From Polyangiaceae bacterium (GTDB taxonomy: Bacteria; Myxococcota_A; Polyangia; Polyangiales; Polyangiaceae), in the NCBI GenBank assembly GCA_032229665.1, contig JAVTWR010000059.1:113191-177190 (forward strand): DNA of 64,000 nucleotides, read 5' to 3'. Positions 54,595 to 63,542 of the stretch are shown here, in pieces. The notes beneath the pieces were generated by a model. That model saw only the letters and a program-made list of their open reading frames with translations, made no database searches and was not told the DNA's origin. Within the stretch, counting starts at the first letter, position 1; every line of letters starts with the position of its first letter. Made by a program: the position numbers and the translations under genes.

Positions 54595-55923
54595 TCACGG
54601 GATCCGATGCCGGCTGCGGAGCTCCTGGAAGTAGCGTCGCGCCAGACCCGACACGGCTGCAGCTCGCGTGACGTTGTGCCCCTCGGCCGCCAGCACGCGC
54701 TCCACGTATCGTCGCTCGAACTCCTCCATCACCAGGGCCCGGGCCTGGGGCAGCGCCAGCTTCATCTCCAGCACGCGATCGATCATGCCGGAGGTGGATT
54801 CCTGACGCGTAGCGCGCCGAGAATCGAGTTGCTCCATGTCTTCGGTATCGCCCAGCACCGCGCGCCGCTCGACGGCGTTGAGGAGCTCGCGCACGTTTCC
54901 CGGCCACTCATAGGCCTCCCAGCGAGCAAGCGTGCGCGAGGGAACCGCCTGCGCGTCGAGGCCGAGGCGCTTCCAGAAATAGGCGGCGAGGAGCGAGACG
55001 TCGCCTTCTCGCTGCCGGAGCGGCGGAAGCGCCACGCGGCCCCCCGTGAGCCGATGAAACAAGTCTTCTCGAAGGCGACCGTCATGGACCTCTCGGTCGA
55101 GATTCACTCGGCTCGACGCGATCGTGCGAACGTCGGCGGTGTGCCAGGTAGTCCCTCCCATCCGCACGAGCTCACCGCGCTCCAGCGTTCGGCAAACCTT
55201 TGCCTGAAGGTCCATATCGAGCTCTGCGATCTCGTCGATGAGGAGCGTGCCCCCATGCGCTTGCTCGAACAGGCCCGGACGCACGCCCTCGGGTCCCTCT
55301 TCGCCGAAGAGAGTGGACTCCGCCCGGTCGCCCAGGGCAGCACAATCGAAGATGACGAACGGCGCATAGGCTCTCGGGCCCAGCTCGTGAAGCGTCTCTG
55401 CCACCAGCTCCTTCCCGGTGCCCGTTTCGCCCTCGATGCAAACGACGAGATCCGAGCTCGCGAGGTCGGTCAAGAGGTCGTACATCCGACGCATCGGCAA
55501 CGACGCGCCTACCACGCGACCCAGGTTCGTCGCTCGGCTCAGCCGAGCCAGTGGCGGGCCTGCTGCAGCCTCGACCAAGAGCGTCGAACCTCCCACGACG
55601 ATTGCTTCACCGCCGGCGAGTGCCACGGCCTGAACACGCAGTCCGTGGATGAACGTCCCGTTCTTGGATCCCGTATCCACCAGCGTCAGCAAGCTCGACG
55701 AAGCATCGAGCGACAGGTGGCGACGCGAGACCAACGGGTCCTGAAGCCGCAAGTCCGAGGAGGTGCTCGTTCCGACGAGCTTGGGTGCGCTCGTTCGGTC
55801 GAGCACCAGCTGCTTTCCCTTGTCCGGTCCGTCGATCACTCGAATACGGAACGTCACCTGAGCACCCACGCTCGCAGCCTGATGGCTCAGCAACGTGGAG
55901 CGTTCGTCAACGTCTCGGTCCAT
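54595..55923 (-). CDS. FHA-domain / AAA+ (sigma-54 enhancer-binding-protein-type) / Fis-HTH regulator lacking the GAFTGA loop
   Basis: FHA: LVGTSTSSDLRLQDPLVSRRHLSLD...VDTGSKNGTFIHG. Walker A GETGTGKE, Walker B LLIDEI, WPGNVREL. HTH HNVTRAAAVSGLARRYF. Between ESTLFG and FEQA the sequence is EEGPEGVRPGL instead of HEKGAFTGA-x7. Confidence 0.85.
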   Translation of the reverse strand: MDRDVDERSTLLSHQAASVGAQVTFRIRVIDGPDKGKQLVLDRTSAPKLVGTSTSSDLRLQDPLVSRRHLSLDASSSLLTLVDTGSKNGTFIHGLRVQAVALAGGEAIVVGGSTLLVEAAAGPPLARLSRATNLGRVVGASLPMRRMYDLLTDLASSDLVVCIEGETGTGKELVAETLHELGPRAYAPFVIFDCAALGDRAESTLFGEEGPEGVRPGLFEQAHGGTLLIDEIAELDMDLQAKVCRTLERGELVRMGGTTWHTADVRTIASSRVNLDREVHDGRLREDLFHRLTGGRVALPPLRQREGDVSLLAAYFWKRLGLDAQAVPSRTLARWEAYEWPGNVRELLNAVERRAVLGDTEDMEQLDSRRATRQESTSGMIDRVLEMKLALPQARALVMEEFERRYVERVLAAEGHNVTRAAAVSGLARRYFQELRSRHRIP

Positions 55924-56288
55924 AGCACTTCACTATACTCGGAGCCGCCTCGGCTTCATCGTCGTTTCGCCCTCCGTCGCAACGATGTACGCATCCCCAT
56001 GCTCAACCGTTTGTCGCACGCGTGAGCGACCCGAGCTTCGCGCAGGAGCAGGCCGCCCCCCCTCAACTGGATGATGGCAGTAGGTGAGCGTCACCAGTCG
56101 TCGGAGGCGCGATCTCGTCGATCGCACCTCGACCAACAGGTGGATCTTACAGGCTTCGTCGGCTGGACCCGTGCGCGGACCCCGACGGTACGAAAGATGC
56201 TGCGCACCCCTTGCGTCCGCTTGCCGGCGCAACGCCGGTACCGCGCGCTCGCGCCGGTGCAGTCCACGTTTGTTCCGGGAGATGACGA

Positions 56289-57578
56289 ATGGTTCGATCC
56301 GAGACGGCACGTAGATCTTCGCTGCGAAGTGGGTCGCGCTTGGCCGTTGCGACTCTGGTCGTGTCGACGTGGGTGGGGGGGCTCGGCGGCTGCGGTGCCG
56401 ATTCTCCATCTGCGGAGGGCGACTCCGCCATGGGTGAGAGCTCGAGCAGCGGCGGCCAAGTGGCTGCCGACGCCTCCACTTCGAGCTCCAGCTCGAGCTC
56501 GAGCGGCGCGCCTTCTCCCGTGACGCCGACGACGGACGCGTGTCGACGCTTTCATCCGGGTCACTACTTTCGGGAAACGGATTCGCGATCTGGTAACCAG
56601 GATGGCCTGGCTCACATCACCGCCGACTTCGGTCCTGGTGGCCTCGATCTTACGGACTTCGCGGGCCTCCTCTACCAGATCGACTGGGCCATGCTCGAGC
56701 CGTCCCCGGGCGTCTACGACTTCTCGCGCCTAGATGCCGTCATGGCCATCGTGAAGAAGGCGGGAAAGTTCCTGCGCGTCAAGATCATGGAGCGCTCGTT
56801 CTGGGCCGGTTGCAACCCGCCGGTACCCATCGTGCCCAGCTACGTTACGAACTTTCCGGCCGCGTCCGGGGTTGGTTGCTTTGCCGACGTGTGGACCCAG
56901 GCCACCATGGATAGGCTCATCGCGCTCCACGTCGCGATCGTCAAGCACTTCCAAGCGGACTCGTCGTTCGTCGGCTTCAACACCGAGGAGACCGCGACGA
57001 ACGTGGCCGTCCTTCAATCGAATCCGTCGCTCGTCACGGCGGGGCTCTATCCGCAGCGCGTGCGCCTCGCCCAGGCCGTGCTCGCTGCAGCCAGCGACGT
57101 ACTCTTCATCAGTGAGTTCAACTGGCCCATCAACAACGACCTGTCGCACTTCTCCACGATGATCGACAGCACGCTCCAAGCAAGTCCACCGCCGCACAAC
57201 GGCATGGGTGTGAGTTGGCCAGATTCGTTTCTCAATCCTGGTTCATACACCGCGGCAGAGCAGTCGCAGACGGTGCCCAAGCTCCAGTGCACCGCGAGCT
57301 CGACGGCGTCGGGGAAGACGCCGTGCACTTGGTACAACCTGGCTCGCACCTACAACACGAAAGTCGTCGTCGCTCCGAACATCCAGGGCGGAACTCTGAC
57401 GGGCACGCTCGCGGAGGCGGACGCGCATTACGCGATGCTCGACACGGATCTCGGCGCTCACATGATCACATGGGAGACCTGGTCCGCGCCCAACGCCAAC
57501 TACCTCAGGCAGATTGCGATCCCGACCGTCCGCAAGCACCAGGGAAAGCTTCGCAACACTGCGTGCCCCTTCAAGTAG
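56289..57578 (+). CDS. lipoprotein with a TIM-barrel glycoside-hydrolase-like domain
   Basis: Lipobox WVGGLGGC, poly-Ser linker. IDWAMLEPSPGVYDFSRLDAVMAIVKKAGKFLRVKI resembles the GH5/GH42-type N-terminal strand-helix pattern. Weak assignment. Confidence 0.55.
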   Translation: MVRSETARRSSLRSGSRLAVATLVVSTWVGGLGGCGADSPSAEGDSAMGESSSSGGQVAADASTSSSSSSSSGAPSPVTPTTDACRRFHPGHYFRETDSRSGNQDGLAHITADFGPGGLDLTDFAGLLYQIDWAMLEPSPGVYDFSRLDAVMAIVKKAGKFLRVKIMERSFWAGCNPPVPIVPSYVTNFPAASGVGCFADVWTQATMDRLIALHVAIVKHFQADSSFVGFNTEETATNVAVLQSNPSLVTAGLYPQRVRLAQAVLAAASDVLFISEFNWPINNDLSHFSTMIDSTLQASPPPHNGMGVSWPDSFLNPGSYTAAEQSQTVPKLQCTASSTASGKTPCTWYNLARTYNTKVVVAPNIQGGTLTGTLAEADAHYAMLDTDLGAHMITWETWSAPNANYLRQIAIPTVRKHQGKLRNTACPFK

Positions 57579-57654
57579 GGCGGAGCACTCACACCCGCGG
57601 CCTCTCTGCACGGAGGCCTTGCGCCCTTCTACTCTCGGAGGCCTACTGAGCGCA

Positions 57655-59037
57655 GTGTCCGCCGGGCAAGCATACCGCCGTCTGGGACGATACCTCCTGT
57701 GCGACGAGATCGCATCGGGAGGGATGGCCACGGTGCACTTAGGCAGACTGGTGGCCGAAGGCGGCTTCACCAAGACCGTCGCCATCAAGCGCTTGCATCC
57801 ACACGTGGCGAAGGACCCAGATCTTGCCGCGCTGTTCCTCGACGAGGCGCGCCTCGTCGCTCGCATCGACCACCCCAACATTGCCAAGACGCTCGACGTC
57901 GCGCGCAGCGACGCCGAGCTCTTCATCGTGATGGAGTACTTGGTGGGCGCCCCCCTCTCGGCGCTCATGCGGGAGCACCGCGCGAGGGACCAGCGAGTCC
58001 CCGTCGACGTCGCGGTCGCCATCGTGCTCGATGCGCTCCGAGGGCTCGAGGCCGCCCACGAGACGACCGATGTCCAAGGCATCCCTCTCCGCGTGGTGCA
58101 CCGCGACGTGTCGCCCGCGAACCTGCTGGTCGGTACAGACGGCATGACCCGGGTGCTCGACTTCGGGATCGCGAAATCGTCCGGACGTGCCGCAACGACG
58201 AAGGACGGACAGGTCAAGGGCAAGCTCTCCTACATGGCCCCGGAGCAGCTCACTGGTCGCGAGGTGGACCGACGCGTCGACGTCTTCGCCACGGGAATCG
58301 TGCTCTGGGAGCTTCTCACCGGCGAGCGCTTGTTCGGCGGCGGCGACGAGGGCGCCACCTTGACCAGCCTGCTCCATGGCGCCCCGGTCCCCCCGAGCGA
58401 GGTGACCCCCGGGTTGCCTGCCGCGCTGGACGCCATCGTCGTTCGTGCGATGCAACGCAACCGCGATGCGCGATTCGCCACCGCACGGGATATGGCGGCA
58501 GCGCTGGAGGCTGCGGCACCGGCGGCCCATGCGCGGCGGGTCGCGAGCTGGCTCAGGGGCGCCAACAGTGAAGCGCTCGCCACGCGAGCGGCCGCGCTCG
58601 CTCGGTTGGAGTCGGCCGTTCCGGATGAGCTGACGCACGGTTCGCGCCCGCCATCACCGTCGATCACCGGGACGGCCACGGTGGAGAGCGACCCGGAGCC
58701 AGCGCGCAGCAGGTCGGGTCTTCGGCGCGCCTTCTTGGTCCTCGCTTTCGTCGCGGCGCTCGGGCTGGCGCTGGCGCTGGCGTGGGCCACTGGAGCGCCT
58801 GCTGGGCCGGCGCAACCCGGGGAGCCCGCGACCAAGTCCTCCACGACGATGCTGTCCGCATCTCCTCGGCCGAAGACGCGTGCTTCGGACAACCCATCCG
58901 CGCCCGCACATCGCCGCGACCCGCGCCCTCCGACGTCACCTGCTTCGCCGTCGGCTCCGCCGTCGTCGGCCACGTGTCCGGTGCGCTCGTACTTGGACGC
59001 GCGAGGGATCCTCCGGTTCACGCGCCAGTGCCCGTGA
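57655..59037 (+). CDS. Ser/Thr protein kinase, single-pass membrane, with a Cys-x-Cys C-terminal motif
   Basis: No in-frame ATG before the G-loop; GTG at 57655 follows GGAGG. GGMATVHLG, VAIKRL, HRDVSPANLL, DFGIAK, SYMAPEQ all intact. TM AFLVLAFVAALGLALALAWA. C-terminal CPVRSYLDARGILRFTRQC. Confidence 0.85.
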   Translation: MSAGQAYRRLGRYLLCDEIASGGMATVHLGRLVAEGGFTKTVAIKRLHPHVAKDPDLAALFLDEARLVARIDHPNIAKTLDVARSDAELFIVMEYLVGAPLSALMREHRARDQRVPVDVAVAIVLDALRGLEAAHETTDVQGIPLRVVHRDVSPANLLVGTDGMTRVLDFGIAKSSGRAATTKDGQVKGKLSYMAPEQLTGREVDRRVDVFATGIVLWELLTGERLFGGGDEGATLTSLLHGAPVPPSEVTPGLPAALDAIVVRAMQRNRDARFATARDMAAALEAAAPAAHARRVASWLRGANSEALATRAAALARLESAVPDELTHGSRPPSPSITGTATVESDPEPARSRSGLRRAFLVLAFVAALGLALALAWATGAPAGPAQPGEPATKSSTTMLSASPRPKTRASDNPSAPAHRRDPRPPTSPASPSAPPSSATCPVRSYLDARGILRFTRQCP

Positions 59038-59088
59038 GCCCGACGCTGCCCGATCCTTGCGCCCTCGCCGCTCGCCGCATATCCTGAA

Positions 59089-59925
59089 ATGGTGAAGAAG
59101 AAGGCCGCCGCGCTCACCGCCACGGCGCTCGCATCACTTGCAGGATGCACCTTCGCATTCCCGGTAACGGTGCGCGAAGGGCCGGAGGACGGTGGTGCGG
59201 GCGACGTACGTGTGGCAGAGGCAGGTAGCTTCGAAGCAGCGGCGGACGCCTGGGTGGCCGACGCCGATGCCGCACCTGGATTCTTCTGCGCCAGCGTCGA
59301 CCCGGGCGATAGCAGCTTCTTCCGTTGCTTCGACTACGACTCCCCGGATGCCGCACTCGCCGCACCGGCTGCCATGCCTCGATCCAGTGTCGGGATCGCC
59401 ACCGACGCTGCCTTCTCTGCACCCAATTCGCTCTTCGCCCAGACCCCGATCCTTGCCGACGGGGCGCTCGGCGGCGCGGTGGACAACGTCGTCGTTTTTC
59501 CCGCGAATGCCCAGACCAAGTCCCTCGACTTTCGCTTCGATATGCGGGTCGAGCCCACGACCGGTGGCTTCCCTGCCTTGGTGGTTGCGAACAACGGGCC
59601 CTGGCGCTTCTACGTGAATATCGAGCCCGGAGCCAACCCCGCGGTGCGCATCCTGGAGGCCAACAACGTAGGCCCGCCGCAGACGCACAACGGGGCTTTC
59701 GTCATCAAGTTCGGGACATGGCATCGCTACGAGGGAAGCATATCGGTGGTGACCAGCACCTTCTCCCTGTCCGTGGACGGTACGCCCTTCTACAAGAACG
59801 AGGCGCTTCAGTTCAAGCCGGCCCCGACGGGTTTCCGGACGGCACTCGGTGTGGAGTACGTACAGGGGCCCTATCCGGCGATCGCCGTCAACTTCGACAA
59901 CGTCGTGCTGCGAGCAGCCTTTTGA
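59089..59925 (+). CDS. hypothetical lipoprotein (LamG/concanavalin-like beta-sandwich suspected)
   Basis: MVKKKAAALTATALASLAGC lipobox. Beta-rich C-terminal 200 aa (FRFDMRVEP...WRFYVNIEP...FSLSVDG). Confidence 0.6.
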   Translation: MVKKKAAALTATALASLAGCTFAFPVTVREGPEDGGAGDVRVAEAGSFEAAADAWVADADAAPGFFCASVDPGDSSFFRCFDYDSPDAALAAPAAMPRSSVGIATDAAFSAPNSLFAQTPILADGALGGAVDNVVVFPANAQTKSLDFRFDMRVEPTTGGFPALVVANNGPWRFYVNIEPGANPAVRILEANNVGPPQTHNGAFVIKFGTWHRYEGSISVVTSTFSLSVDGTPFYKNEALQFKPAPTGFRTALGVEYVQGPYPAIAVNFDNVVLRAAF

Positions 59926-59946
59926 GAGCCTACTGGTTGCGAGAGC

Positions 59947-60329
59947 TCACATCTTCGCGGCGCCGCGCGAGATGGTGCAGTGGGTGGCAATGCCGTCCCA
60001 CGGGACCCGCGCGAGGATGGTGCCGAGCTCGGGGTCCTGCTCCTTGGCGACGGCGGGGTCGTCGCGATCCGCGTTCGACACTGGCACCTTCAGGCCCGAG
60101 CCGGTGGGTCGTTTGATGTTGCGACAGCGCACCGTCCAATCGGGGTGCACCGTGGGGATGGCCCCCAGCTGGGCGACCAGATCGTCGCGTCCTCCATCGT
60201 AGCCCCCACGCTTCGATTCGTAGGATCGATGGTCCTTCCCCCGACGAAGCCCGGCGGGAGAATGCAGTGCCACGCCTTGTCTTCGCCGCCCACATTCGCC
60301 CGGCACACGTGCTCCTGCGATACGCTCAT
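59947..60329 (-). pseudogene. probable frameshifted gene (or assembly indel) of unknown function
   Basis: ATG at 60329 opens MSVSQEHVCRANVGGEDKAWHCILPPGFVGG... (frame of ORF 60090..60344). The protein-like, GC3-rich C-terminal part GGYDGGRDDLVAQLGAIPTVHPDWTVRCRNIKRPTGSGLKVPVSNADRDDPAVAKEQDPELGTILARVPWDGIATHCTISRGAAKM* is in the frame of ORF 59947..60411. The switch lies near G/C homopolymer runs at about 60200-60245. Confidence 0.35.
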
Positions 60330-60604
60330 CAGGTCCGGTGCCAAGCGCCGACACGCTCCTTTGCCGGGAAAGAAAGCGGCCTATCACGGCTCTGACCGGT
60401 GCGACGTACACCGCAGGGGGGCGCGCCGGACCATGAGATCCGCGCAGCGACTCCCCGCGACCACGGCGATCGCGGCGCTGCCCGGAGGGCTTGCGTCGCC
60501 CCCTGGGCGCGCCAGCCTTCGACCGAGAAACGGGTCTCGTGCAGCTGCGAGCCTGTCATCGGATGGGGGCTTGCGGCGACGCTCCGGACCCGTACGGTGC
60601 GCGC

Positions 60605-62833
60605 ATGCCGTCACCCAACATCGGTTCAACGTATGGTCTGCGCGGCTCCGCAGTCGCGCTTTCAAGGGTCTGTCTGGTCGCCACCCTCCTCGCATGCGGT
60701 AGCGCGTCGGAGGGCGGGCCCGATGGCGTCATAGATGCCAAAGACGGCGGCGACGCCGCACTGCCCATCTCCAGAGACGGCGGTGCATCGATACCGGATG
60801 CTGGTAGCGACTTCGGCGCCGAGCTGTTCGTGGCGACCGACGGAGCGGACACCAACCCCGGAACCCTCGCACGCCCGTTCGCCACCCTCGAACGCGCGCG
60901 GACGGAGCTGGCGAGCATCAAGAAGGGAGGGGGGGGGCCGGTGGGCGGCGTCGCCATCACCTTGCGCGGCGGCGTGTACCCTCGGAACGCGCCCTTTACG
61001 CTCGGCGCAGACGATAGCGGGACGGCGGATCGCCCGGTCGTCTGGCGGTCCCATGCGAACGAGCGAGCCCGTTTGGTAGGTGGCCGGCTCCTCGACGCCA
61101 CGAAGTTCTCGGTCGTCAGTGCCACGAGTCCCGTCTGGCCACGTCTCGACGCTGCAGCCCGCGGTCACGTGATGTCGATCGATCTCGAGGCGCAAGGCAT
61201 CACCGATTTCGGAACCCTTCAGCCTCGCGGGATGGGGCCGTCGGCGCCGGCCGCCCTCGAGCTGTACTTCGACCGTCGACCGATGCAACTGGCGCGCTGG
61301 CCAGACCCGGGCGAGAGCCTGGCTGGGGGGCCCGCGCCGATCAAAGACGGGTTCGCGGCGGTTGGCGAGCGTCTGTCGGACACTGCGTTTCGATACGCCG
61401 GCGACCGGCCGACGCGCTGGGGCTCTGCGCCGGAAGTTTGGTTGCACGGATACTGGAAGTTCCCCTGGGCCGACCTCCATGTGCGTCCCTCCACCATCGC
61501 CACGTCGACGCGCACCATCACGTTCGGCGCCGTTCCCGGCTACGGAATTGCCTCTGGCCAGCCGTACTATGCGGAGAACTTGCTCGAGGAGATCACCCAG
61601 CCCGGGGAGTGGTACCTGGAGCGGAGCACCGGCATCCTGTACTTTTGGCCCCCCACCGCCCTACCCGGTCACGAAGCCATCGTATCGACGCTCGACGCCC
61701 CACTGGTCCGTCTCACCGGCGCGTCGTTCGTGCGATTCTCGGGTGTCGATCTGGAGGTCGGGCGGCGCGAGCTCGTCGACATCCAGGGGGGCGAGAGCGT
61801 CACGTTCACTGGATGCCGCCTCCTGGGGGCGGGCACCAGCGCCGTGAACGTCGTGGGCAAGAACCACGTCGTCGACCATTGCGAGATCGCCTACCCGGGA
61901 GACGGCGGCGTGCACGTCGCCGGTGGGGTGCGCGCGAGCCTCGCGGCCGGGAGCAACATCGTTCGCAACAACGACATCCACCACTTCGGGCGCTTTCGCT
62001 GGACGTATCAAGCGGCGGTCGACGTCATGGGTGCGGGGAACGTCGTTGCACACAACCACGTGCACGATGCCCCGCACGTGGCGATCTTGTACTCGGGCAA
62101 CAATCACGTCATCGAGCTGAACCACATCCACGATGTGCTGCGCTACTCGTCCGATGCGGGCGCCATCTACAGCGGCAGAGACTGGGGCTATCGAGGGAAC
62201 GAGATTCGTCACAACTTCATCCACGACCTGGCGACGACGTTCTCGGGCTTCGGCGTGCACGGCATCTATCTGGACGACACGCTCGCGGGGATTCACGTTC
62301 ATGGCAACGTGCTGTATCGGATCACCGGCAACGGCGTTCTCGCTGGAGGCGGGCGCGACAACGTGATCGAGAACAATCTCATCGTGAAATGCGGGGTCGG
62401 CCTCTATGCCGACGCCCGCGGCCTCACGAGCGGCAATGCGATCCCGAACGACAGCGGGAACTTCCTGCAGCGGCTGACGCGGGATGGGATCCGCTATCAG
62501 GCGCCACCGTGGTCCACCGCGTACCCTGCGCTGGCGGCGATCCCGAACGACTGGAGCATCATCGGGGCGCCCAACGTTCACTGGCGCTACCCGGAGGGGA
62601 GCGTTTTCTCCCGCAATTTGGGGTGGGCGAACGGGCGTTGGATCCAGGAGAGCAACTACGGAGGTGACGGCGTTCTCAATCACTACGCCGCGACGGCCGA
62701 CAACGTGATGAACCAAGACCCCAAGTTCGTCGACGAATCGAAGCTCGATCTGCGACTCGCCCCAGGGTCTCCCGCGCTCTCGATCCCCGGATTCCAACCG
62801 ATCCCATTCCGGAGTATTGGCCCGGAGCCCTGA
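60605..62833 (+). CDS. right-handed parallel beta-helix (pectate-lyase fold, PbH1 repeats) lipoprotein
   Basis: ATG at 60605. Signal ...RVCLVATLLAC. Repeated N..I.HN.IHD / G..V..N.. coils (NNDIHHFG, VAHNHVHDAP, IELNHIHDVL, IRHNFIHDLA, VHGNVLYRIT, IENNLIVKCG). Confidence 0.75.
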   Translation: MPSPNIGSTYGLRGSAVALSRVCLVATLLACGSASEGGPDGVIDAKDGGDAALPISRDGGASIPDAGSDFGAELFVATDGADTNPGTLARPFATLERARTELASIKKGGGGPVGGVAITLRGGVYPRNAPFTLGADDSGTADRPVVWRSHANERARLVGGRLLDATKFSVVSATSPVWPRLDAAARGHVMSIDLEAQGITDFGTLQPRGMGPSAPAALELYFDRRPMQLARWPDPGESLAGGPAPIKDGFAAVGERLSDTAFRYAGDRPTRWGSAPEVWLHGYWKFPWADLHVRPSTIATSTRTITFGAVPGYGIASGQPYYAENLLEEITQPGEWYLERSTGILYFWPPTALPGHEAIVSTLDAPLVRLTGASFVRFSGVDLEVGRRELVDIQGGESVTFTGCRLLGAGTSAVNVVGKNHVVDHCEIAYPGDGGVHVAGGVRASLAAGSNIVRNNDIHHFGRFRWTYQAAVDVMGAGNVVAHNHVHDAPHVAILYSGNNHVIELNHIHDVLRYSSDAGAIYSGRDWGYRGNEIRHNFIHDLATTFSGFGVHGIYLDDTLAGIHVHGNVLYRITGNGVLAGGGRDNVIENNLIVKCGVGLYADARGLTSGNAIPNDSGNFLQRLTRDGIRYQAPPWSTAYPALAAIPNDWSIIGAPNVHWRYPEGSVFSRNLGWANGRWIQESNYGGDGVLNHYAATADNVMNQDPKFVDESKLDLRLAPGSPALSIPGFQPIPFRSIGPEP

Positions 62834-62898
62834 GCGCAACGGGCGCTTCTCCCTCCGACGGCTCGCCGCGACATCGCCGTCCCCTCCGCTCGCCAACG

Positions 62899-62929
62899 CA
62901 CTGCCCGCACACGCGGGCAGTGTTCTTTT
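62899..62929 (+). terminator. rho-independent terminator
   Basis: cactgcccgc (62899-62908), acac loop, gcgggcagtg (62913-62922), followed by ttctttt. Lies 66 nt after the stop at 62833. Confidence 0.75.
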
Positions 62930-62984
62930 GTGGGTCGCCGGAGTCGCGAACGATTGTGCGGTCCAACGCATACTATCATGTTTA

Positions 62985-62990
62985 TATAAT
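62985..62990 (+). promoter_or_regulatory. perfect TATAAT -10 box in a locally AT-rich patch upstream of the 63081 operon
   Basis: catactatcatgtttatataatgcgg read directly. No convincing -35 (TCCAAC at 17-nt spacing). 90 nt upstream of ATG 63081. Confidence 0.35.
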
Positions 62991-63080
62991 GCGGACGGTG
63001 CATGCAGCGGTTCGGCGCTACATACGGGCGTAGGGCGCAGCCGAGGTGGCGTGCCGACAAACGAGAAAGGTGTGTGACGC

Positions 63081-63542
63081 ATGGAATCCGATGTTCATTC
63101 CAAGGCCCTGGCGGCCGCAGCTCGTGTGGCCTTCTCCGTCGCCTTCTTCGCGGGGTGCAGCGCGCAAGACCCCGGCTCCGCGGAGCAGGGGGGCGCCGAG
63201 GCCGACCTGCGCTCGGGGTGCAACAATGCGCCCAGGCATCCTCCTAGGAAGGACGCTGCGGCGCCGCCGGCACTCACGTGCGAGCAAGAAGTTGCCGCTG
63301 CCTTCCCGGGTGACGACGAGTATCCGGGGGTGAAGCAGGCTGTGTCCGCGCGGGTCAAGGCCTGTTGCGCCGAGCTTCTCGAGGCAAAGGGCAGCCCCAT
63401 CGAGCACCGTTGGGCCTGCTGCGCGAATCTCGAGGGCGACGCGGGGTTTCTGGTTTCCAACGCGTGTACGCCGTGGGGGCCGCCCGTTCCCCCTGCGATG
63501 CGCCCGCATGCCCGCCGGCCGATCGGGGAGGTGCTCGCATGA
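63081..63542 (+). CDS. cysteine-rich lipoprotein, translationally coupled to a ferritin-like gene
   Basis: ARVAFSVAFFAGC lipobox, 8 Cys (CC pairs). The C-terminal part contains TPWGPPVPPAMRP, compare GPLPPPEMPV at the end of 12825..13148. ATGA overlap with the next gene. Confidence 0.6.
   Translation: MESDVHSKALAAAARVAFSVAFFAGCSAQDPGSAEQGGAEADLRSGCNNAPRHPPRKDAAAPPALTCEQEVAAAFPGDDEYPGVKQAVSARVKACCAELLEAKGSPIEHRWACCANLEGDAGFLVSNACTPWGPPVPPAMRPHARRPIGEVLA

Noticed and set aside
61661-63082. 473-aa minus ORF
   Set aside because: It is antisense to the beta-helix lipoprotein gene and runs across a strong plus-strand terminator and an AT-rich promoter patch. Composition is not protein-like.
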